A stretch of 64,000 nt of DNA, taken from positions 60,203 to 124,202 of the forward strand of contig JAZSNN010000031.1 in NCBI GenBank assembly GCA_045536425.1, written 5' to 3'. The notes below the pieces were generated by a model. It did not search any database, was not told the DNA's origin, and worked only from the letters and a program-made list of their open reading frames with translations. Position numbers and translations under genes: made by a program. This DNA is from Oscillospiraceae bacterium (lineage in GTDB: Bacteria; Bacillota; Clostridia; Oscillospirales; Ruminococcaceae). The first letter of the stretch is position 1; every line of letters starts with the position of its first letter. Below are positions 55,316-64,000 of the stretch, piece after piece.

Positions 55316-56551
55316 ATGCGCAGGTATAGATTTGGTAAAATTATTGCTCTCGTTTTGTTTGTTGTCCTTTCCTTTTCCGGATGTTTTTCGGATTTCGACT
55401 TAATCTATGATGATTACAGCGATTCATATTCATATGACGTCAGTTATGATTACGTTTCCGCCGGACCATCTTATGACGTTTCTTTTGAAGAAAGTTCTTC
55501 TTGTTCGAGCGAAGACCCATCTGAATACGCCTCGTCAGCTAATGTTTCTTCAAAGATTGAAGAACCGCAGATTCCAAAGATATGCAGCTTGGTTGAGTTG
55601 AGGGATTATTTTAAAGATAACCTGAGAAACGACGTTTTGGTGGTACAATTTGAGTGGCTTGGAGAGGAAGATTTATCTGCAAACGAAATAGCACGTATGA
55701 CCATGACCTGTTACGTTAATTACAGGCGCACAGGCAATAAATATACCGTCACCTTTACCGAATATCCCGGTGACAGAATTGTTGACGCTTATTTTTCGGG
55801 CGACAGGTCCAAACTTAACGTAGGTGAGATTTCCGCTTTGGAGAAGGCGATTGAAATTGTCAATGAGGCAAAGGCTGTTACCTCCGATTTAATCGATTTG
55901 GAAGTGTATCTGCACGATTATATCTGCAGAGCCGTGACGTATGACGACAACACGCGTTCTGTTGAGGACCCGATGAATCCTCCGCGAAACCTAACCGTTG
56001 TTGGAGCGTTGTTGGACGGCAGAGCAAACTGTCAGGGATATACCGACGCGTTTTATGCTCTGGCTTCGATTGCGGGATTTACAGTTGACAGGATGTTTGT
56101 TAAAACCGCCAACGATCTACACGTTTTGAGCACCATATATCTTGGCGGACAATGGCTTATCGTAGATTCAACCTTTAACGATTCCAATTACTACGGCAAC
56201 GAGTCCAAGGATTATCATCTGTTTAACGCAAGTAAAGACGTCGTTGAGCAGTTTTCTTGGCCTGAACATTATGAAATGAATCCTATTGCCAACGAGACGT
56301 CGAATTATTTTTACTACAATTACTATGATTGTTATTACCGCAATGCAGAGGAGTTTGCAAATGCTCTTCTTAATCAGTACATAAACGGCAAAACCGAGAT
56401 ACACGGCGCTCTGGTGAGCAGCGAAAGCGTGTATGACGTTTCAGACGCATTTAGCCTCGCGATTGCTAACGCAAATTTCGAACAAGCAGGATATATTTAT
56501 TTTTACAGGCATTTTGGCAACACATACTATTGCCAGTTTTTGATTTCGTGA
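55316..56551 (+). CDS. transglutaminase-like cysteine-protease-domain lipoprotein
   Basis: Start chosen at MRRYRFGK with GGAGG RBS (the track start is 26 codons upstream). It has a lipobox LSFSGC. The Cys/His/Asp core is NCQGYTDAFYALASIAGF ... HV ... D. Confidence 0.65.
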   Translation: MRRYRFGKIIALVLFVVLSFSGCFSDFDLIYDDYSDSYSYDVSYDYVSAGPSYDVSFEESSSCSSEDPSEYASSANVSSKIEEPQIPKICSLVELRDYFKDNLRNDVLVVQFEWLGEEDLSANEIARMTMTCYVNYRRTGNKYTVTFTEYPGDRIVDAYFSGDRSKLNVGEISALEKAIEIVNEAKAVTSDLIDLEVYLHDYICRAVTYDDNTRSVEDPMNPPRNLTVVGALLDGRANCQGYTDAFYALASIAGFTVDRMFVKTANDLHVLSTIYLGGQWLIVDSTFNDSNYYGNESKDYHLFNASKDVVEQFSWPEHYEMNPIANETSNYFYYNYYDCYYRNAEEFANALLNQYINGKTEIHGALVSSESVYDVSDAFSLAIANANFEQAGYIYFYRHFGNTYYCQFLIS

Positions 56552-56587
56552 AATATATAGAAAAGGATGCGATTTAATTCGCATCCT

Positions 56588-56833
56588 CTATTTTTTATAT
56601 TTTCTTTTAGTTGCTAGGCCTCCGCGGATATGGCGTTGGGCTTTGTTGAGGTCGAGCACCTCTTTTACGTTTGCATACAGGCTTGGATTTATCTTTTTGA
56701 GTCTTTCTGCGACGTCCTTATGTACAGTTGATTTACTTATACAAAATTTCTTTGCGGCGGCTCTTACAGTTGCTTTGTTCTCGATTATGTACTCAGCGAG
56801 CATCACCGCTCGTTCTTCTACTACCCCTTTCAC
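56588..56833 (-). CDS. spoIIID: stage III sporulation protein D, mother-cell transcription factor
   Basis: 81 aa aligning along its length with B. subtilis SpoIIID (KSTVHKD, IRGGLATKRKYKK C-terminus). Confidence 0.85.
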   Translation of the reverse strand: MKGVVEERAVMLAEYIIENKATVRAAAKKFCISKSTVHKDVAERLKKINPSLYANVKEVLDLNKAQRHIRGGLATKRKYKK

Positions 56834-56926
56834 AATCTCAACTCCTTATGAATGTTCATTCAAATATATGAGCCGAAAGGAGTTAGTATGCAAAAACAGA
56901 CCCGAAAATTCGGGTCTGTTCAAAAA

Positions 56927-58315
56927 TCAAACGAGTTTTCTACCCATCAAAACACCCATTACAGATGCCATCATAAGTCCTCTTGTCCATCCGCTCGAAT
57001 CGCCGAGGCAGTGAAGTCCTTTGACATTTGTATTTAAGTCCTTATCCATCTTTACGCGGTTGGAATAAAACTTTAATTCGGGCGAGTACAAAAGTGTTTC
57101 TGTGGACGCAAAACCGGGCACTACGTGGTCTACCGCTTGGATGAAGTTTATGATATTCATCATAGCGCGGTACGGCATAGCAGCGGTTATATCCCCTGCT
57201 ACAGCGTCGGGGAGTGTTGGCTTGAGGTTTGACTGTGCAAGTTCCTTTGGCCAAGTGCGTTTGCCGTCAAGAATATCGCCGAAGCGTTGCACCAAAATAT
57301 GTCCCGCACCGAGCATATTTGTGAGCTCGCCAACCTTTTGCGCATAGGCAATAGGCTGATTGAACGGTTCGGAAAAATTATGCGAACATAAAATTGCGAG
57401 GTTTGTGTTATTGGATTTGAGTTCCTTGTAGGAATGTCCGTTTACGACAGCAAGGTCGTTGTCGTAGTTTTCCTGACTTACAAATCCGCCGGGGTTTTGG
57501 CAGAAGGTGCGAACCTTATTTTTAAAGGGCTTGGGATAGCCGATGAGCTTGGACTCATACAGCACCTCGTTTACCTTTTCGATAACTTCGTTTCTTACCT
57601 CAACTCTAACACCGATATCTACTGTTCCGGGTTGGTGCGCGATGTTATGCTCTGCACAAATCTTTTCGAGCCAATCTGCTCCTCTTCTGCCTGTTGCAAC
57701 AACGGTGTGCTCACCAAAAATTTCGAGGTTGTTTTTGCCATCTGTGATGTAAACTCCCTTGCATTCGTTTCCCTCTAAAATGAGGTCGGTGCATTCATAT
57801 CCAAACATCATCTCAACACCGTTGTTGAGAAGATACTGCTCAATTGCGTAGTATATCTGCTGTGCCTTTTCGGTGCCCATATGTCGAATGGGACAGTCAA
57901 CAAGCTTGAGTCCTGCTTGGATTGCGCGTTTTCTGATATCCTTTACCTCTTCGGAGTTTCCGATACCCTCTACGTGCTCGTCAGCGCCAAACTCCAGATA
58001 TATCTTGTCGGCGTAGTTAATGGTTTCCTGCGCGAGATCATCACCGATCAAAGTGGGAAGGTCACCGCCCACCTCGCTACTGAGAGAGAGCTTTCCATCG
58101 GAAAAGGCTCCCGCACCCGAGAATCCCGTAGTGATGTGACAGTATGGTTTGCAGTTGACGCATTGCTTGGTCTTGTGTTTTGGGCAACGTCTGTTTTCAA
58201 CCGATTGTCCTTTTTCTACTATAACAATCTTTTTGTCGCTTCCCTTTTTGACCATTTCGAGTGCAGTAAATATACCCGCAGGGCCTGCACCGACTATAAT
58301 GACATCCTTGTTCAT
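56927..58315 (-). CDS. FAD-dependent oxidoreductase (COG2509-like)
   Basis: Start at MNKDVIIVGAGPAGIF with AAGGAGAG RBS; Rossmann dinucleotide-binding motif. Confidence 0.7.
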   Translation of the reverse strand: MNKDVIIVGAGPAGIFTALEMVKKGSDKKIVIVEKGQSVENRRCPKHKTKQCVNCKPYCHITTGFSGAGAFSDGKLSLSSEVGGDLPTLIGDDLAQETINYADKIYLEFGADEHVEGIGNSEEVKDIRKRAIQAGLKLVDCPIRHMGTEKAQQIYYAIEQYLLNNGVEMMFGYECTDLILEGNECKGVYITDGKNNLEIFGEHTVVATGRRGADWLEKICAEHNIAHQPGTVDIGVRVEVRNEVIEKVNEVLYESKLIGYPKPFKNKVRTFCQNPGGFVSQENYDNDLAVVNGHSYKELKSNNTNLAILCSHNFSEPFNQPIAYAQKVGELTNMLGAGHILVQRFGDILDGKRTWPKELAQSNLKPTLPDAVAGDITAAMPYRAMMNIINFIQAVDHVVPGFASTETLLYSPELKFYSNRVKMDKDLNTNVKGLHCLGDSSGWTRGLMMASVMGVLMGRKLV

Positions 58316-58451
58316 ACAAGACTCTCCTTTACGCAAGAATAAAGCGTTCTGCAGAGAACGCTTTACATATTTTTGACATCACAAAGAACTCGAGTGAAAA
58401 TCATTCGAGTTCCTTTTTACTATAAACCAGTTTGTTGATTAGATTCTATTA

Positions 58452-58565
58452 TTATTTTTTAAATTCATCCAATCCAACATCGTTATCACCACTAGTAGTG
58501 ATAATGTCTTTTGTTTCGATTTCCTCTACCTCAAGTACAGGAGTTTCAAATTTTTCGATATTCAT
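58452..58565 (-). CDS. unannotated 37-aa acidic peptide ORF with consensus RBS
   Basis: GAGGAGG sits 7 nt upstream of the ATG. It encodes MNIEKFETPVLEVEEIETKDIITTSGDNDVGLDEFKK. It lies in the 360-nt gap between the oxidoreductase and IMPDH-like genes on the same strand. Confidence 0.35.
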   Translation of the reverse strand: MNIEKFETPVLEVEEIETKDIITTSGDNDVGLDEFKK

Positions 58566-58695
58566 CAGATATCCTCCTCAGATAAAATTCATATAATTAC
58601 CAAAAACAAATACAATAATTTATAATCAGTATACACCCGTTTTCAACGATTGTCAATAGTTTTTCGTGAAAAAGACGTAATTGTTTTTAACGTAA

Positions 58696-60201
58696 TTAAC
58701 CGATCTTTGCATTAGCATCCTTGAGCACTACGTCGTGTGCTCCGCCCTCTACTATAGAAGTTGCAGACACCATTGTAAGCTTGCTGTTCTTCTGAAGCTC
58801 GGGTATTGTCAAGAAGCCACAGTTACACATTGTGGAACGAACCTTTGCGAGAGATTTGCCCACGTTATCCTTGAGTCCACCTGCATAGGGAACGTAGGAG
58901 TCGACGCCTTCCTCAAAGGAGAGCTTTTTATCTCCGCCGAGGTCGTAGCGCTGCCAGTTTCTCGCACGGTTTGAGCCTTCACCCCAATATTCCTTCATAT
59001 AGCTACCATTGATTACAACCTTGTTTGTGGGGCTCTCATCAAATCTAGAGAAGTATCTGCCGAGCATTATGAAATCTGCGCCCATAGCAAGTGCGAGTGT
59101 CATATGATAGTCGTGAACGATACCGCCATCAGAGCACACAGGAATATAGATACCTGTTTTCTCGTAGTATTCGTCTCTTGCCTTTGCAACCTCGATAAGA
59201 GCTGTTGCTTGTCCACGGCCGATTCCCTTCTGCTCACGGGTGATGCAGATAGAACCACCGCCGATACCGACCTTTACAAAGTCAGCTCCTGCTTCGGCAA
59301 GGAACATAAAGCCATCGCGATCAACAACGTTTCCTGCGCCAACCTTTACTGTATCGCCGTAGTTTGCGCGAATCCAGTCGAGAGTGAGTTTCTGCCACTC
59401 GGAATAGCCCTCGGAAGAGTCGATACACAGAACGTCTGCGCCTGCTTCTACAAGTGCGGGAACACGCTGTGCATAGTCGCGGGTGTTGATACCTGCACCT
59501 ACTACGTATCTCTTCTGCGCGTCGAGAAGTTCATTGGCATTCTCTTTATGTGTAGAGTAGTCCTTGCGGAAAACCATATACTTGAGGCATCCGTTTTTGT
59601 CAACTATCGGGAGAGAGTTGAGCTTGTTGTCCCAAATTATATCGTTTGCAGTTTTGAGCGAAGTGTTCTCGTCTGCAACGATGAGCTTGTCCAAAGCGGT
59701 CATAAACTCGCTGACCTTTGTATCCATAGACATTCTGGAAACGCGGTAGTCACGACTTGTGACGATGCCGACGAGCTTTCCGTTTGCAGTTCCATCCTCG
59801 GTTACTGCTACTGTGGAGTGCCCTGTTTTCTCTTTAAGGTCGAGGATATCCTTTAGTGTAGCGTCGGGCTTTATGTTAGAATCACTTGTTACGAAGCCCG
59901 CCTTATAATTCTTGACTCTTGCTACCATTGCAGCCTCGTCCTCAATGGTCTGAGAACCATAAATAAAGGAGATTCCGCCCTCTTTTGCAAGTGCAATAGC
60001 CATTCTGTCGTCAGATACAGCCTGCATTATTGCAGAAACGAGGGGAATATTCATAACGATAGAAGAGGTTTCGCCCTTCTTGTATTTTACTACCGGTGTC
60101 TTGAGACTTACGTTTGCAGGAATACACTCTGAAGAGGAGTATCCAGGTACCAAAAGGTACTCGCCAAAGGTGCGAGAAGGTTCTTCGTAAATAAAAGCCA
60201 T
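58696..60201 (-). CDS. guaB: IMP dehydrogenase family protein with CBS pair
   Basis: 501 aa, TIM barrel with catalytic Cys loop [15 protein letters not shown] subdomain inserted; TTGACA-17-TACTAT promoter ~35 nt upstream. Confidence 0.75.
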   Translation of the reverse strand: MAFIYEEPSRTFGEYLLVPGYSSSECIPANVSLKTPVVKYKKGETSSIVMNIPLVSAIMQAVSDDRMAIALAKEGGISFIYGSQTIEDEAAMVARVKNYKAGFVTSDSNIKPDATLKDILDLKEKTGHSTVAVTEDGTANGKLVGIVTSRDYRVSRMSMDTKVSEFMTALDKLIVADENTSLKTANDIIWDNKLNSLPIVDKNGCLKYMVFRKDYSTHKENANELLDAQKRYVVGAGINTRDYAQRVPALVEAGADVLCIDSSEGYSEWQKLTLDWIRANYGDTVKVGAGNVVDRDGFMFLAEAGADFVKVGIGGGSICITREQKGIGRGQATALIEVAKARDEYYEKTGIYIPVCSDGGIVHDYHMTLALAMGADFIMLGRYFSRFDESPTNKVVINGSYMKEYWGEGSNRARNWQRYDLGGDKKLSFEEGVDSYVPYAGGLKDNVGKSLAKVRSTMCNCGFLTIPELQKNSKLTMVSATSIVEGGAHDVVLKDANAKIG

Positions 60202-60316
60202 ATTTGTTCTCCTTATATTTATATTACTCTTAATAGTACTCTAAACAGCGCCCTGTGTCAAGGCATTTTGAGCCTTCAAAATAATTTTCGGCAGTTTACA
60301 CATATCGCGGATAAAA

Positions 60317-60661
60317 TCAGCCGTTTTTCTCGTCTTTCGGCTCATGCACCATCTCGTTTTTTATCTCCCAATGTATCAAAAGTGTGAGCGCGGCACGAAG
60401 AAGAATTATCGCACCTACCATCAAAAGCTCTTCCCACTCCTGAACCACAACTGTTCTCAAAATCTCGCTCGCAAGCTTGAATTCGAGGGCGGTTGCAAGG
60501 CTCTGCGCAAGGGCGAGTCTTACCCCTTTCTTTTTGCGTACATATCCTATGAAGTTTACTACTGCGGCTTGAAGAATTATAAGTACTCCGATAAGTTCAA
60601 CCGGAATTATCAAAACTTCTACCACTTCTCTAAAGACCTTTTCAAAGAGTTCCATTTTCAA
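60317..60661 (-). CDS. small membrane protein (DUF1622-like)
   Basis: 114 aa, three hydrophobic helices. Confidence 0.45.
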   Translation of the reverse strand: MKMELFEKVFREVVEVLIIPVELIGVLIILQAAVVNFIGYVRKKKGVRLALAQSLATALEFKLASEILRTVVVQEWEELLMVGAIILLRAALTLLIHWEIKNEMVHEPKDEKNG

Positions 60662-60709
60662 CTTCCTCCGTTTTCACTTTCTATAATTATACTACCTTAT
60701 TTTTCGGTT

Positions 60710-61483
60710 TTAGTCAATCTTTTTATGTTGTATGCCTTGTCTGTCCACATAGTAATTTTCTGTGTATATCAACTCTGACACGGGCACTATTTCATAGCCT
60801 TTTTCTTCGATGGTGTCGATTAGCGTCGGGAGCGCTTTAGCGGTGTGTTCGGCTCCGAGATGAAGCAGTACTATTGAGCCGTTATCAAGCTTCTTCATAA
60901 CCCGCTCTATCATTTCGTCAGCAGTATATCCTTTCCAATCCACCGTGTCGCAATTCCACTGTATACAGTGATACCCAAGCTCATTTGCAGTTTGTATGAG
61001 GCGGGTATTATACGAGCCCGAGGGAGCGCGAAACAGCGTGGGTCTTATTCCCGTGACCTTTTCTATTTTGTTTCCTGCCGAATTGAGCTCCTTTTTTATC
61101 TGTTCCTCGGTCAAGGTCTGCATATCAGGATGGCTGTCCGAGTGGTTTCCTATCTCGTGTCCCGCTTTCGACATTCTGACCACCGCGTTTTCGCATCTTT
61201 GTACAAATTCACCTGTGACAAAAAAGGTGGTTTTTACCCCTTTTTCCTCGAGGATTTTCAGGAAAATATCGGTATCGTCATCCTCCCAAGCGCAGTTTAT
61301 TCCGAGGGCAACCTTTTTTTCTTCGGTATCTACGCTATACACAGGATAGAGCTTTCCCTGTGCTGCAACGGTTGCGGCTTTGAAGATGAGCGGAAGCACC
61401 ACCGAAAGCACCAGCGCAGTTATCACCGCCGCCGAGCATATCATCATAGCGGTTTTTTGAATAGTAATATACGGCTTTTTCAT
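60710..61483 (-). CDS. polysaccharide deacetylase (NodB homology domain)
   Basis: 257 aa with N-terminal TM anchor and motifs TFDDG-like (INCAWEDDD), HSDSHPD and LLH. Confidence 0.8.
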   Translation of the reverse strand: MKKPYITIQKTAMMICSAAVITALVLSVVLPLIFKAATVAAQGKLYPVYSVDTEEKKVALGINCAWEDDDTDIFLKILEEKGVKTTFFVTGEFVQRCENAVVRMSKAGHEIGNHSDSHPDMQTLTEEQIKKELNSAGNKIEKVTGIRPTLFRAPSGSYNTRLIQTANELGYHCIQWNCDTVDWKGYTADEMIERVMKKLDNGSIVLLHLGAEHTAKALPTLIDTIEEKGYEIVPVSELIYTENYYVDRQGIQHKKID

Positions 61484-61535
61484 ACAAACACCTCTTTAGT
61501 GAGAATATGAAAAAAGCAGACGTATTATGTCTGCT

Positions 61536-62363
61536 TTAAAATTCCTCGGATGTTCGTGCATAGTGGAAGATATACTGCTGTGCGATACCTGCATAGCGTT
61601 TGCAATTTTCGGGAAGTCCGTCGGGATAGAGCTTTGCCATTGCGCGTTTTATCCACACGTCCTCGGGAAAAGCCTCAAGGCGATAAAATCCGTACAGAAG
61701 CGCACAGTCTGCAACCTTGCTTCCTATGCCGCAAATCTGCATCAATTCCGCTTTTGCCGTGGCGTAGTCGGAGTTTCTTATTCTATCTATGCTGACCTCT
61801 CCGCTGTCGAGCTTTTTGGCGGCATCAAGAATATACTTTGCACGAAATCCGCTTCTGAGCGGTGCCAGCTCCTCGACCGTGAGTTTTGCTATAACGCTAT
61901 AATCGGGGAAGGTGCTGAAGCCGTCTGTTATCGGCTCTCCAAAGGTGTCGCAGAGTCTTTTGACGATGCCTTTTATGCGTTTTATGTTGTTGTTTTGACT
62001 GATGATAAACGAACAGATAGTTTCCCACGCGTCTTGCTTTAGTATGCGGATACCCGACGCGTAGTCCCCCGCTCTTTGCATTATCTCGTCTTTACATATC
62101 TCATCGCGGATTGCATTATAGTCAAGCTCGAAATCGAAGTAGTCCTTCCAGACTTTTTCAAAGGTTTCCTTGTCGGTGTCGAAAAAGGTGATCGTGTCAT
62201 CGGTTTGGTTGATTTTGCACACCATTTTCCCGACTACGCCCACAAAGGTGTTCTCTTCGATTTCGTCCCATCTGAAGCACTGTCCGCAGTCCAGGGTTTG
62301 TCTCAGAGAAAAAGGTGACACTCCGCTTATCAGAGTGTCCTTTCCTTTGTATTGTATCTTCAT
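61536..62363 (-). CDS. HhH-GPD DNA glycosylase (Ogg/AlkA-like N-glycosylase/DNA lyase)
   Basis: 275 aa; helix-hairpin-helix GIGSKVADCALLYG followed by the catalytic Asp region. Confidence 0.65.
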   Translation of the reverse strand: MKIQYKGKDTLISGVSPFSLRQTLDCGQCFRWDEIEENTFVGVVGKMVCKINQTDDTITFFDTDKETFEKVWKDYFDFELDYNAIRDEICKDEIMQRAGDYASGIRILKQDAWETICSFIISQNNNIKRIKGIVKRLCDTFGEPITDGFSTFPDYSVIAKLTVEELAPLRSGFRAKYILDAAKKLDSGEVSIDRIRNSDYATAKAELMQICGIGSKVADCALLYGFYRLEAFPEDVWIKRAMAKLYPDGLPENCKRYAGIAQQYIFHYARTSEEF

Positions 62364-62893
62364 TTTATCAATTCTTTCAGTTTGAGGATAGCGACCTGTG
62401 TTTTGGAGTCGCGGATTTCTCCGCTCATCACCATCTTCACAGCATCGGCAAGAGGTATGTGCTCTACGCTCAAGAATTCGTCTGCGTCGAGGTGTTGTGC
62501 GGTTTTTGAGAGGTTTTCGGCGTAATACATATGTATCACTTCGGTGACGTAGGCAGGGGTCGGATAGAGCTTTCCGAGGTCGGTATATTTTTCTGCAACG
62601 TAGCCCGTTTCCTCTTCCAGTTCACGTTTTCCGCATTCAAGCGGGTTTTCGCCCTTTTCGAGCTTTCCTGCAGGAATTTCGAGAAGCACCTCGCCATATG
62701 GATAGCGAAACTGACGCACCATCAAAAGACATCCGTCTTCATCAAGAGCCGCAACACAGACTCCCCCGTGGTGTTCTACAACCTCACGAAGCGCGGTTTT
62801 GCCGTTTTCAAGCTCCGCCTCGTCAACGCGAAGGCTCAGGATTTTTCCGTTATATTTATATTCTTGTGAAAGGGTTTTTTCAAACAGCTTCAT
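62360..62893 (-). CDS. NUDIX hydrolase (ADP-ribose pyrophosphatase-like)
   Basis: 177 aa, Nudix box GKLEKGENPLECGKRELEEETGY. Confidence 0.8.
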   Translation of the reverse strand: MKLFEKTLSQEYKYNGKILSLRVDEAELENGKTALREVVEHHGGVCVAALDEDGCLLMVRQFRYPYGEVLLEIPAGKLEKGENPLECGKRELEEETGYVAEKYTDLGKLYPTPAYVTEVIHMYYAENLSKTAQHLDADEFLSVEHIPLADAVKMVMSGEIRDSKTQVAILKLKELIK

Positions 62894-62894
62894 T

Positions 62895-64000
62895 CTATTT
62901 CACCAAAGGAATGTCAGCGCCGTCAATCTCGAGCGCATATCTTGTCGCAGAGTATTTTTTAGCCTCTTTTATCTGATTTTGCACGTCCTCGTCCTCATAG
63001 CCATAGCCCTGAAGCAAAGCAAGTATCTCAACTCCGTCTGTGTTCATACTCTGGCATTTGCCGATAACGGTACGAATGAGGTCGCGATAGTTTTTGGAGG
63101 GGGTTTGAATAGTGGTATTGTTTATAAATATCGAAGGTCCAAAGTCCTCTGCAACCAAATTTATGACGACACAGTCTGCGCCATACTCAAACGGATTCGT
63201 TCCATATATTTCGGGTTGCTGTCCGAGATAGTGAGGCATATCGACCTCTACCCAAACCTCTGAGTTTGCATATTCGAGGGTAGCTTTCATCTTTGAAACA
63301 AAACGAGCAAGGCATTCCTCGCGGGAAACGGTATTGCTATCATAACCGTAGTATGCAAACTGCTGGTGTCCGCCGGGGAAGCGAAGCGACGAAAGAAGAA
63401 CGTTATCAACGCCCATATCTGTGAGTTCTTTTGCTATATTCAAAAGGTAGTTTACTGCAGTATCAGAATAGGGGTTGAGCCAGGATTTTCCGCCGTTTTC
63501 TTTGTAATCATCCAGCCATTTACCGCCGTTTTCGCCCTGATATTTTACTGCGGCATCGGCAATATCGGTGGCAGTTCTATCGCTGAAGCAGTTGATTTTT
63601 GCGGTTACGGTGATGCTGTTTTCACGAAGCTTTGAAATTATTGCAGAGAGGTTTGTTATCGCATTTGAGCTTATTGCCTTGCAGTTTTTCGCGTCCCTGA
63701 GGTTGCTCTTATAGTAGAGATATCCCTCAGCATCCTTGAGCTCGATTATTACATTCTCCACGCCCTGTGCTACTGCGCTCTGCAAGAACGCTTCGAATTT
63801 TTCGGAGTTTCTGACAACGTCGCGGTCGAGCACAACACTCAGTCCTGCGGTATATTCGGTTCGGTCAGGGCGCACAACAACCGCCTCGGACGAGGTGTTC
63901 TGCGAATTATCGCCTGTGCTCTCACTTTTGTCGTCAGACTCGTCGGGTTGTGTCGAGGTCGTGTCGCTCGCATAGGAAACCGTGGGGTTGAATTCGGACG
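62895..64000 (-). CDS. putative secreted glycoside-hydrolase-like (TIM-barrel GHL-type) protein, 5' end outside window
   Basis: The frame stays open to the window end. The listed M is a GTG codon, and upstream in frame is a Ser/Thr/Asp-rich linker (...DESDDKSESTGDNSQNTSSEAVVVRPDRTEY), so the true start lies beyond 64000. Confidence 0.5.
   Translation of the reverse strand, partial: SEFNPTVSYASDTTSTQPDESDDKSESTGDNSQNTSSEAVVVRPDRTEYTAGLSVVLDRDVVRNSEKFEAFLQSAVAQGVENVIIELKDAEGYLYYKSNLRDAKNCKAISSNAITNLSAIISKLRENSITVTAKINCFSDRTATDIADAAVKYQGENGGKWLDDYKENGGKSWLNPYSDTAVNYLLNIAKELTDMGVDNVLLSSLRFPGGHQQFAYYGYDSNTVSREECLARFVSKMKATLEYANSEVWVEVDMPHYLGQQPEIYGTNPFEYGADCVVINLVAEDFGPSIFINNTTIQTPSKNYRDLIRTVIGKCQSMNTDGVEILALLQGYGYEDEDVQNQIKEAKKYSATRYALEIDGADIPLVK

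Noticed and set aside
60202-60316. Purine riboswitch upstream of the guaB-like gene
   Set aside because: The leader from the predicted TTGACA/TACTAT promoter to the start codon is only ~35 nt, so there is no room for an aptamer.
1-64000. CRISPR array or cas genes
   Set aside because: No regularly spaced short direct repeats with unique spacers were seen. The repeated elements present are either long (95 bp att), tRNA-capped units, or hairpin arrays without spacer structure.

Overview
This 64-kb window looks like chromosome from a spore-forming Firmicutes/Clostridia genome. Sporulation-type genes are present: spoIIID, a SpoVD/FtsI-type PBP with PASTA domains, a SleC-like peptidoglycan-binding protein, a DacF-like carboxypeptidase and a polysaccharide deacetylase. 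The left ~17 kb is conserved core. It carries the dcw cluster on the minus strand (mraZ-rsmH-ftsL-PBP-murE-murF-mraY, the mraY start being cut by the window edge), then pgi, a D-Ala-D-Ala carboxypeptidase, mtaB and an RNase J-like gene. Positions ~17.5-19.6 kb are a small AT-rich accessory block: an RHH regulator, a Cys-rich mini-protein, a SHOCT/PH membrane protein, a lipoprotein and an Avd-like four-helix-bundle gene, followed by a striking hairpin array. From 19,661 to 36,403 there is a ~16.7-kb AT-rich integrative island. It is bounded by 95-bp imperfect direct repeats that duplicate the 3' end of a GGGtGRT-family gene. It carries a tyrosine integrase next to the right repeat, a small serine recombinase, an XRE regulator and a RepA_N-like gene with iterons. 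Its cargo consists of modules of unknown function. The most prominent is a translationally coupled four-gene membrane operon (Zn-ribbon/TPR/TM/BspA-LRR protein, multi-Zn-ribbon SPFH protein, two coiled-coil membrane proteins). The second is a two-gene module with a 707-aa coiled-coil/TM protein. Right of the island the core resumes: ddl-murI-DUF1934-argS, a TrmN6-like methyltransferase, rsmI, mgtE, a CorC/HlyC-family gene, recD2-comFC, tRNA-Val, rny, tRNA-Leu(GAG) and tRNA-Pro(GGG). The tRNA-Leu/Pro region contains an unusual family of ~110-nt structured repeats, each capped by a copy of the cognate tRNA 3' end and followed by its own terminator. It also contains two single-gene mini-cassettes (a GDSL hydrolase and a transglutaminase-like lipoprotein) flanked by direct repeats; one repeat pair is a duplication of the spoIIID 3' end. 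The right end carries spoIIID, an FAD oxidoreductase, guaB-like IMPDH, a polysaccharide deacetylase, an HhH-GPD glycosylase, a NUDIX hydrolase and a partial secreted glycoside-hydrolase-like gene. No CRISPR array, rRNA gene or obvious riboswitch was found.
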